Below are positions 54,120 to 64,000 of a stretch of 64,000 nucleotides of DNA, in pieces (positions within the stretch are counted from its first letter, which is position 1; each line of letters begins with the position of its first letter). The stretch lies in NCBI GenBank assembly GCA_951406725.2, contig OX597835.1, positions 8,432,001 to 8,496,000 of the forward strand, written 5' to 3'. A model generated the notes under the pieces. That model did no database searches. It saw only the letters and a program-made list of their open reading frames with translations, and was not told the DNA's origin. The translations under genes and the position numbers were made by a program. Origin of the DNA: Octopus vulgaris (lineage: Eukaryota).

Positions 54120-54159
<40 letters not shown>

Positions 54160-54625
54160 CTTCTTCTTCTTCTTCTTCTTCTTCTTCTCCTCCTCCTCCT
54201 CCTCCTCCTCCTCCTCCTCCTCCTTCTTCTCCTTCTTCTTCTTCTTCTTCTTCCCCATCTTCTTCATCTCCTTCTTCTTCTTCTTCTTCTTCTTTTTCTT
54301 CTTCGTCTTCTTTTTCTTCTTCTTCTTCTTCTTCTTCTTCTTCTTCTCCTCCTCCTCCTACTCCTCCTCCTTCTTCTTCTCCTTCTTCTTCTTCTTCTTC
54401 TTCTTCTCCATCCTCTTCTTCTTCTCCTTCTTTTTCTTCTTTCTTCTTCTTCTTCTTCTTCTTCTTTTTCTTCTTCTTTTTCTACTTCTTCTTCTTCTTT
54501 TTCTTCTTCGTCTTCTTCTTCTTCTTCATCTCCTTCATCTCCTTCTTCTTCTCCATCTTCTTCATCTCCTTCTTCTTCATCTCCTTCTTCTCCTTCTTCT
54601 TCTTCTTCTTCTTCTTTTTCTTCGT
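54120..54625. repeat. (TC)n/(TTC)n polypyrimidine tract
   Basis: Direct inspection. Confidence 0.95.
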
Positions 54626-54886
54626 ATGTTCTGTCTCTTTTTCTTTTCCCTTGTCTATTGGTATCTCTGTTTGTTCGTCTCACCCCTCTCTCTCTCTCCC
54701 TGTCGCCCCTATCTCTTTCACTTTTTTACTTTTAAAAAAGCAATAAGTTGCGGCTGATCTGCGATCGATATAGTGAAGGAATCACCCATGTTCAATATTC
54801 ACATGGCCCTTAATTATTTATTCATGTTCACTTAAAAAGCAGCAGAAATATAACAAAAGCTGTTACTCAGTTTTTTTTTAACAAAA

Positions 54887-54924
54887 CTGTCCGAAGAACG
54901 GGAACGTGAAACTCTGAGTAACAG
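54887..54924 (+). ncRNA. Minimal hammerhead (H2 copy 1), CCGAAGA core variant
   Basis: CTGT-CCGAAGA-ACG-GGAA-CGT-GAAA-CTCTGAG-TA-ACAG. Confidence 0.75.
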
Positions 54925-54979
54925 CTTTGTTATATTTCTGCTGCTTTCAAATAAAGTATATATATATACTTTATTTAAA

Positions 54980-55017
54980 CTGTCTGATGAACGGCAACGA
55001 GAAACTCCGAGTAACAC
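54980..55017 (+). ncRNA. Minimal hammerhead (H2 copy 2), canonical core
   Basis: CTGT-CTGATGA-ACGGCAACGA-GAAA-CTCCGAG-TA-ACAC. Confidence 0.8.
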
Positions 55018-55119
55018 ATTTTGTTGAATTTTCTGCTGCTTTAAATAAAGCATATTACTCTACCACTGGTATTTGAGTACTCTTTTTCCCACCTTTTTTC
55101 ACATTTATGTGTTTACTCC

Positions 55120-55168
<49 letters not shown>

Positions 55169-55176
55169 GGAGATAG

Positions 55177-55245
<69 letters not shown>

Positions 55246-55439
55246 TGCGTTGTATCGGACTGTCAGATGATGGCTTTCTAAGCCAAAACTTTATTGAGTC
55301 ATTCTACATGAAAAAAAATCATTAATATATGTGTGTGTATGTATGTATATCTATCTATCTATCTATTTATCTATCTATATACATATACATATATATATAT
55401 GCTCACACACACACATACACATACACACACATAGTGGAT

Positions 55440-55650
55440 TTAAATATACAAACCATTAAAAAACAGAAAAGAAAATAAAAAGTAAACGAACGTGAGGACG
55501 TGTACAAAATGTATATTAATTTGACTCTCGGTGAAGGGGAAGATTTGTTAATGTTTCGAGCATAACTCTTCGTCGGAAGCAGGAAAGTCCAAAGAGAAAT
55601 AAGGAAAGATAAGGATAAATCGCCAACCCTTCACATGCGCTTACATTTCT
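55440..55650 (-). mobile_element. Diverged hammerhead family H1 element (motif at 55546-55580)
   Basis: Minus strand reads GCTT-CCGACGA-AGAGTTATGCTC-GAAA-CATT-AAC; shares GAGGACGTG and AAATCGCCAAC with 886-1093. Confidence 0.65.
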
Positions 55651-55651
55651 G

Positions 55652-55700
<49 letters not shown>

Positions 55701-56558
55701 CATGTAATTTCTTTATTACACACACACATACATGTATAACCTTGTACATGTGTGTGCATATGTGTGCACGTGTACACACGCACATAAGGCTGTTGATAGC
55801 TAATCAAGAACAGCAATATTTAATGTCGAAGACAATTAAATCTGAAATCTTTGCGATCCATTTACCGGGGATGGAGTGGGGCTACGAGGAGAAATGCTGC
55901 ACCCCCCCCCCCGCACCCACCACCCACCTGGCTCTATCTTGAATGGAGACAATCATTTTCGATGGCTTCCACATCGACGTTATGACAGCGGAATTCTAGA
56001 CAAGCGAACGAAATGAAAATAATTGAACTCGGAAAGAAATCTGGATTAAAACACAGGATTGGAAATTCTATAGCATGTTTTTTTTCTTTCTTTTTTTTTC
56101 AATTTTTGTTTCTAATTTCCAGTTTCCAATTGATAAGACCACGCTGTGTTAATTATTCGGAACAGACTGCCTGAAATAAAATTGGAAAAAAAGAAATGAT
56201 ATACCAATATTGGAAATTTGAATCGATCAAAAATTAAAGGATTTCGATTTGAATTCGATATTGAATATTATATTTTAATCCTAAATGATTCCATTTTATA
56301 AAAACATCTCAATTTTCTTAATGTGAAATTTTAGAAGAAATGAATTTCTATAATTCGATAATCTTACAATCGAATTTCTCAACTCAACTTAAATTTTAAG
56401 AGGGGAAACGTTAATGTAATCGTCATGCGTTCAATTACCGTAAGAGTCAGGCTAAATCTTTGGGCCTAATTTTATCACGCGTTATTTGTTCCATATATCA
56501 AGCCTACTATATAGGAACGTTGATACTGGTCTCCGTCTCAAGATGGTGTTGAGTACCA

Positions 56559-56598
<40 letters not shown>

Positions 56599-57286
56599 GT
56601 GTCAGTGGGAGATGGGTTAAGACACTGATATTAAGTTAAAGTTTATAAAGCCTCAAGTCCGTTGCTTATTGATATTTTCAAGGTTTTTCACTCAGACTGA
56701 CTTTACAAGGTTCCCGGCTGAACGCCTAAGGGGCACAGGTACTCGTTTGCAGCTAATTACAATGGAGTAAAACAATATAAAATCTTCCACCTTTTTCTGG
56801 AATTGAAACTACGATCTAATATTCACGGCCCCAACACCTCTAACCACATGACCAGGTGTCCTCATTATATGAAGTAAGGGTTTAAAAAAAATGAAGGTAT
56901 ATAATTGAATAATAAAACGTATTCAGGTTCTGAGATCGTATCAAATTACTTCGTTGCCGGAAAAGAACTTTTTGGTGACAACAAAAATATGCGAACAAAA
57001 GATTGTTATCAATATTTCAATGGCGGTTTTTATTCGTTTCGTAATCAGACAGAACTTTGCAGCTACAATACTCACATATACATATATACATACACACACA
57101 CACATATATAAGTGTATGTGTGTATATATACACATACACACATATATAAATACTCACACACACATATACACACATGGATGTATGCGTTTCTGTATGTACA
57201 TATATATATATATACATACATATATAAATGTATAAACGCATGCATATATACATAGATATGTATACATGTATATATATACAAACATG

Positions 57287-57317
<31 letters not shown>

Positions 57318-57367
57318 GTATGTAATTCCATTAATACATGGACGCCTAGTATTTTCCTTTCTTTCTT

Positions 57368-57401
<34 letters not shown>

Positions 57402-57577
57402 GAGCGCACATAAACACACTCACATTGATACACATGGGTGATTCATATGTATACGTGTGTTTGTAAGAGAGAGGGAGAGAGAGAGATAGAGAGAGAGAGT
57501 ATGTGTATGTGTGTATGTGTGTGGATGTGTATAGACATGCGTACATAATTCACATTATTTAGATACTGGATATTCAT

Positions 57578-57643
57578 TCTCATCATCATCATCATCATCA
57601 ACATCATCATCACCATCATCATCATCATCTTCGCCATCATCAT

Positions 57644-57680
<37 letters not shown>

Positions 57681-58015
57681 TTCGTCATCATCATTATCCT
57701 GACTACCGTCATTACAACAACCACCACCAACGTCGCTGCCCGCCGCCGACGCCGATTCTTCTTCTTCTTCTTCTTCTTCTTCTTCTTCTTCTTCTTCTTC
57801 TTCTTCTTCTTCTTCTTCTTCTTCGTCGTCTTCTTCGTCTTCTTCTTCTTCGTCTTCTTCTTCTTCGTCGTCTTCTTCTTCGTCTTCTTCTTCTTCGTCT
57901 TCTTCTTCCTCTTCTACTTCTTCTTCTCCTTCTTCTTCTCCTTCCTCTTCATCTTCTTCTTCCTCTTCTTCTTCTTCTTCTTCTACTTCTACTTCTTCTT
58001 CTTCTTCTTCTTCTT

Positions 58016-58078
<63 letters not shown>

Positions 58079-58190
58079 CTTCTTCTTCTTCTTCTTCTTC
58101 TTCTTCTTCTTCTTCTTCTTTCTTCTTCTTCTTCTTCTTCTCCTTCTTCTTCTTCACCTTCTTCTTCTTTATCTTCTTCTTCTCCTCATC
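57578..58190. repeat. (CAT)n plus (TTC)n compound repeat
   Basis: Direct inspection. Confidence 0.95.
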
Positions 58191-58535
58191 GTTGTTGTTT
58201 CCTCATCAACATCACCATCATTATCATCCTAGTAACCGTTGGTATTATTGCTATGATCAATAAAACTCTTAATATAAATATTGTATCATAAGAAATTTTA
58301 TTATAAGAAACCATCAACGTAACACTATTTTCCTCGTCGTCGCCGTCGTCACTAGCATCACCATCATCAGCATTGACGTCATCAGCATTATGATAATCGT
58401 AATGAGTATTATCAACACCTCACATTGAGAAGAGTATTAAACATCGACCCTCGTACATAACTGGTATCCATGTCGTTTGTCCGAGAGAATAAAATGAAGG
58501 TTGGTCGTTAGGAAATTTTCTCGGTGCCTCTATTC

Positions 58536-58760
58536 TTATTTCTTTATTGCCCACAAGGGGCTACACACAGAGGGGACAAACAAGGACAGACAAGCAGATT
58601 AAATCGATCCCAGTGCGTAACTGGTACTTATTTAATCGACCCCGAAAGGATGAAAGGCAAAGTCGACCTCGACGGAATTTGAACTCAGATTGTATCGACA
58701 GACGAAATACCGCTGAGCATTTCGCCCGGTGCGGTAACGTTTCTCCCAGCTCGCCGCCTT
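58536..58760 (-). mobile_element. SINE family B
   Basis: Reverse complement of family B; older degenerate pieces nearby at about 58440-58510 and 58870-59010. Confidence 0.9.
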
Positions 58761-59099
58761 TGGCTCTATTCTGCAGCCGGTGACTCTATTCTGCAACCCA
58801 GCCAACTCTGTCCCCTTTTACCAAAGTTCCAAAAGGCCAAAACATTGTGGAAGGAGATATTCAGAAAAACTACTCCCCTGTTCTCTTACTGGTACTGATC
58901 TTAGTCATGCAGTCAAGAGTAGCGACGCAGATAATTTTGACGAGATTTGAACTCAGAACGTAAATAGGTGAAACTCTAATGCCGTAACGCATTTGGTCGG
59001 CTGCTCTATCGATTAGGCCAATCGATTAATCTAGCTTAAAATGTAATTAAAATAAAATAATCGAAAAAAGTTATTGTTGCTGTTGCTGTTGTTTGGGTC

Positions 59100-59157
59100 G
59101 TCGTTATCATGATTATCATCATCATCATCGTCATCATCATCATCGTCATCATCATCG

Positions 59158-59192
<35 letters not shown>

Positions 59193-59220
59193 TTCATCAT
59201 CATCATCATCATCATCATCA

Positions 59221-59271
<51 letters not shown>

Positions 59272-59274
59272 GTC

Positions 59275-59329
<55 letters not shown>

Positions 59330-59388
59330 ACATTATCGTCATCACCATCATCATCATCATTATCATCATCATCATCATCATTATGATT
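59100..59388. repeat. (CAT)n microsatellite
   Basis: Direct inspection. Confidence 0.95.
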
Positions 59389-59624
59389 ATGTTCTTTACT
59401 TCCTCCAATTTTCTTTCCGTTGATGTTGTTGTTGTTGTTGTCCTCTTCTTTATTAATATTCATTACGTCAAGATTTTTATCTTCCCAGCTACTTTCACTT
59501 TGCAACGATAGAACGCCATCTGTTGGAATTGGAGGGAATTAATGGAAACAATAATCTCCCAGTTCATCAACATAACATTTATTCCGCGACTGCGTGCGTG
59601 TATGTGTGAGGTTGTATACATAAG

Positions 59625-59747
59625 TGTGTGTGTATGTGCGCGTTTGCGTGTGTGTGTGTGTGTGTGTACTTATACGCTCGTGTTTGTGTGTGTCTATGTG
59701 TCAGTTTTGTACATATAAGTGTGACTATGTGTACGCGTGTGCATGTC

Positions 59748-59791
<44 letters not shown>

Positions 59792-59819
59792 TGTGTGTGT
59801 GTTTGTGTGTGTGCGTGTC

Positions 59820-59865
<46 letters not shown>

Positions 59866-60027
59866 TGTGTGTGTTTGTGTGTGTGCGTGCGTGCGTGTGT
59901 GTGTGTGTGTGTTTGTGTGCGTGTGTGTCTTTGTGTGTGTGTGTGTCGTTGTGTGTGTGTGTGTGTGTTTGTGTGTGTGAGTGTGTGTGTGTGTGTGTGC
60001 ATGTCTTTGTGTGTGTGTGTGTGTGTG
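59625..60027. repeat. Interrupted (TG)n
   Basis: Direct inspection. Confidence 0.95.
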
Positions 60028-60723
60028 ATGTCTTCCTGCTGTTTATGCTTTTGAAGCTGCAGTACTTCGCTTTCAGACTGTTTCTTTTTATTTCACTCTC
60101 ACATGGACTAAATTAACTTTCATTAACTGCTTGTCAAATTATGTAGATTTATGTTATATTTATTTATATTCTTGTCTTCTAAGTTGATGAGGCAATTATT
60201 ATATGCCAGGTCAATCCAACACCGACACACCCCTTTCATACATTTTCGATAACAACAACAACAAAGAAAAGTTAAAGCCAAAAATGAACGAAAGACGAAA
60301 AAAACCACTTAAAATTTTGTCCATATTTTATATCAGGTGGCAGTCAATAAATTGCTGTGTTTGAGTTGGCGTAAACTTCGACTCCTGGCTATCAAATCCA
60401 CTTCCTAATCACGTGTTTCCGGTTTCGATTTAACCTCACAAGGAAGGCTAACGTATTTTACTATCTTCTCGGTTCAACCAAATCATGGAGAGTTAATTTA
60501 GTTGTCAGAACATATGTGTCCACACTCTTGGAGTAACAAACTCACCAAACACAAGAGTTGCCTTGTGATTCACCTCTCACCTCTCCGATTCTGTTTCAGC
60601 TGCTGTTGTCATGATTCCTTACAATTCCACACCTTTATCACTACGTGTTGAAGCAGGCTGCCGAATTGGACATCAAAGGGCACCGTCGTCGACCCATCGA
60701 TACTTTTAAACAGGTAACTAAGC

Positions 60724-60957
60724 TGCGGCGAGATGGCAGAAACGTTAGCACGCCTGGTGAAATGCTTATAGGTATTTCGTTTGCCGCTGCGTTCTGAGTT
60801 CAAATTCCGCCGAGGTCGACTTTGCTTTTAATCCTTTCGGGGTCGATTAAATAAGTACCAGTTACGCACTGGGGTAGATATAATCGACTTAATCCGTTTG
60901 TCTGTCCTTGTTTGTCCTCTCTGTGTGTAGCCCCTTGTGGGTAGTAAAGAAATAGGT
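60724..60957 (+). mobile_element. SINE family B
   Basis: Full copy; probable TSD AGGTAACTAA at 60712-60721 and 60954-60963. Confidence 0.92.
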
Positions 60958-61190
60958 AACTAAACTGCTGCTAGAAAACTGCTCACAATTGATGTTTGAG
61001 GTAAAGTCTTCATGACCATTGACAAAAAATCGCAGCTAAATATCTTTCAAATTTCACACAACCATATTAAGCGAAGAAAGCACACATTGAAAACTCTCGG
61101 TTCCGGTAGCAGAAAAGAATACGGACACCCATGCCTGTCTTTTTCTTTTACTCTAAGCCTGTTCGATCAGTAAGAACTATAACAACAAAA

Positions 61191-61575
61191 GTGGAGGCGC
61201 AATGGCCCAGTGGTTAGGGCAGCGGACTCGCGGTCGTAGGATCGCGGTTTCGATTCCCAGACCGGGCGTTCTGAGTGTTTATTGAGCGAAAACATCTAAA
61301 GCTCCACGAGGCTCCGGCAGGGGATGGTGGTGATCCCTGCTGTACTCTTTCACCACAACTCTCTCCTACTCTTACTTCCTGTTTCTGTTGTACCTGTATT
61401 TCAAAGGACCGGCCTTGTCACTCTCTGTGTCACGCTGAATATCCCCGAGAACTACGTTAAGGGTACACGTGTCTGTGGAGTGCTCAGCCACTTGCACGCT
61501 AATTTCACGAGCAGGCTGTTCCGTTGATTCGGATCAACCGGAACCCTCGTCGTCGTAACCGACGGAGTGCTTCCA
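61191..61575 (+). mobile_element. SINE family A, full length
   Basis: Near-identical to other A copies; TSD ATAACA(A/C)CAAAAGT. Confidence 0.95.
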
Positions 61576-62103
61576 TTCCATAACACCAAAAGTAGCAACG
61601 GGAAAACTCGAAGCGTTCATTTGTAAGAAGCTTCTCTGTGTTGCCTTAAACAAACTTATTCTCTCTTATTCGAATTTACGCATGGTCTCCTCTAAGAAAT
61701 CAACAGAATGGATGGCGCTCGACCAATCAACCAAATGATTGTACGAAGCAGCAGGTTTACGGCTCGCGAATTACAGACTGCTCTTGCTTTCGGTTCCGTT
61801 GCTTCCACTCTGGTGCAGCGCTAAGTCATCGTCAGAACTAAACAACTTCACTTCCACCATCTGAGCTGGTAGAGAGTCTTCAGCTTTGCCAAGCAGAAAC
61901 ACTATCAATATCGCAATGACATCAAGAAGAATTGATAAGATCACGTCGTTTCCTTGTTAATTCTATCATATCAATCATTATTACATTCGTGCTAAGTATA
62001 TGCACACAGAAACACGCACACACACACACACACACCCTACGCACGCACACATACACGCATACACTCATACATACTCTCTCTCACACACACAGACGCACGC
62101 ACG

Positions 62104-62135
<32 letters not shown>

Positions 62136-62261
62136 CATACATGTATGTATGTATGTATGTATGTATGTATGAATGTATGTATGTATATATGTATGTATAT
62201 ATATATATATACATTTATATATATATGTATATATATATATGTGTATATATACATACATACA

Positions 62262-62356
<95 letters not shown>

Positions 62357-62936
62357 GTTCTTCAAAACTGAAATATTTTCAATTATCAGAAACTACAGGA
62401 GGTTTGAAATTTGAAAGAAGGGATTTTGCTGAAATATTATAATTGGATTTCAGGAGAAGTGTACCAAGTATTAAGAGAAGGATTCAACTAAACTTGATAC
62501 AATGCGGTAAAATATATACCGTGATATTGTTACAAAGCTATGAAGCACGTTTTTAGCAGAATTTCCCTTCCTGCGTTCGAGATCGACTTTGCTTTCATCT
62601 TTCCAGGTCGATTAAATATACCTCTACCGTACAGATGCGCGTATAATCAACCTTTTTCTCTTTCTCAAATGCAAGAAATTATCTTAAGTAAAGAGACTCT
62701 TTTATCGATTTTACCAGCAAATAGGCAAATATAATACAGTTTATTTGATTGTTCTCATCTCGGCAAACAAGTTACATGGCGTTAGCAATATTTAACCAGT
62801 GGAGATGCCAATATGTGGTTGTGTTATCCGCTAGAAAAAACAAGCAATCAAATTTGTCGATACTTCCCATTCTGCGTAATATTTCTAAAATCCTAGTCCT
62901 AGTTGTACAGGATTCAGAAAGACGTATTCATCATAG

Positions 62937-63318
62937 GTGGAGGCGCAATGGCCCAGTGGTTAGGGCAGCGGACTCGCGGTCGTAGGATCGCGGTTTCGAT
63001 TCCCAGACCGGGCGTTGTGAGTGTTTATTGAGCGAAAACACCTAAAGATCCACGAGCCTCCGGCAGGGATGGTGGTGATCCCTGCTGTACTCTTTCACCA
63101 CAACTTTCTCTCACTCTTACTGCCTGTTTCTGTTGTACCTGTATTTCAAAGGGCCGGCCTTGTCACTCTCTGTGTCACGCTGAATATCCCCGAGAACTAC
63201 GTTAAGGGTACACGTGTTTGTGGAGTGCTCGGCCACTTACACGTTAATTTCACGAGCAGGCTGTTCCGTTCATCGGATCAACCGGAACCCTCGTCGTCGG
63301 AACCGACGGAGTGCTTCC
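62937..63318 (+). mobile_element. SINE family A, full length
   Basis: TSD ATTCATCATAG. Confidence 0.95.
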
Positions 63319-63818
63319 ATTCATCATAGATAGAACGCCATACACGATCAAGAGCTGATAGCAATTACAAGTATATATGCGTGTGTATGTGTGCATAGTT
63401 TTCGGCGGGTGCGGCCACTTTGAATAATTTTGTTGAAATTTTGGAAGGACATTTCACCGCCGGACTAAATGGGGGAACAAAACGCACATTTGATAACTCG
63501 ATACGTCGCATTTAGCCCAAACCCGAATCTTCATGAAGTTATGCTCTTCATTCACTATTTTAGTCACCGGAAACGCATACACAGGTGGAATTTTTCATAT
63601 CACTTGGATACAGCTAACTTACATATTTATGAACACAGCTTTCTCTACTCCTCCACCACTCACACCTAACTTCTCTGAATACCAATTTCCTCTAAAATTA
63701 ATAGCTGAATTTTTAATCAATAGATTATTTTGGTATATTGACTAGCCCTGAAATTTGTTGCCTAAGTGGGCCAAGAAGAGAAATTCACTACGAAGAAGTA
63801 AATAGTTCTCCCCGTATA

Positions 63819-64000
63819 GGCGCAGGAGTGGCTGTGTGGTAAGTAGCTTGCTAACCAACCACATGGTTCCGGGTTCAGTCCCACTGCGTGCCATCTTGGG
63901 CAAGTGTCTTCTACTATAGCCCCCGGCCAACCAATACCTTGTGAGTGGATTTAGTAGACGGAAACTAAAAGAAGCCTGTCGTATATATATATATATATAT
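63819..64000 (+). mobile_element. SINE family C, cut by the window end
   Basis: Family C head up to the internal (TA)n. Confidence 0.9.

Larger units (their letters stand above)
54830..55101 (+). mobile_element. Hammerhead family H2 locus: inverted stub plus two tandem copies
   Basis: Inverted piece 54835-54870, copy 1 about 54883-54957, short TA spacer with inverted CTTTATTT, copy 2 about 54977-55101, then (TA)n. Confidence 0.8.

Noticed and set aside
57555-58157. 200-aa K/E/D-rich ORF resembling an acidic nuclear protein
   Set aside because: Entirely (GAA)n and (GAT)n microsatellite with a non-ATG start

Overview
AT-rich, repeat-saturated eukaryotic DNA. The SINE families, (TA)n/(GAT)n microsatellite density and mariner/RTE/Penelope relics look like an octopus (coleoid cephalopod) genome; this is recognised from memory, not a database result. 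No intact protein-coding gene is supportable: nearly all supplied ORFs are microsatellite read-throughs or transposon fragments, so the window is probably intergenic or inside a very large intron. It holds three tRNA-headed SINE families (called A, B, C here), a 12-unit tandem array built from SINE B with a dimeric higher-order pattern, four mariner relics, an RTE 3' end, an R4/Dong-like RT relic, a Penelope-like RT relic, a non-autonomous Helitron and a palindromic Crypton/MITE-like insert. The main hidden signal is 13 minimal type I hammerhead ribozyme motifs (several degenerate) in about seven unrelated sequence contexts, mostly in 200-300 bp cassettes sitting in or beside (TA)n tracts. They have palindromic helix III (dimer-type architecture), one tandem pair, two fold-back arrangements, and two unrelated copies with the same compensatory U3-A8 core (UUGAUAA) that a CUGANGA search would miss. 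Weaker leads are a recursive-splice-like site, a Kozak-bearing micro-exon candidate and homeodomain-motif-rich unique islands.
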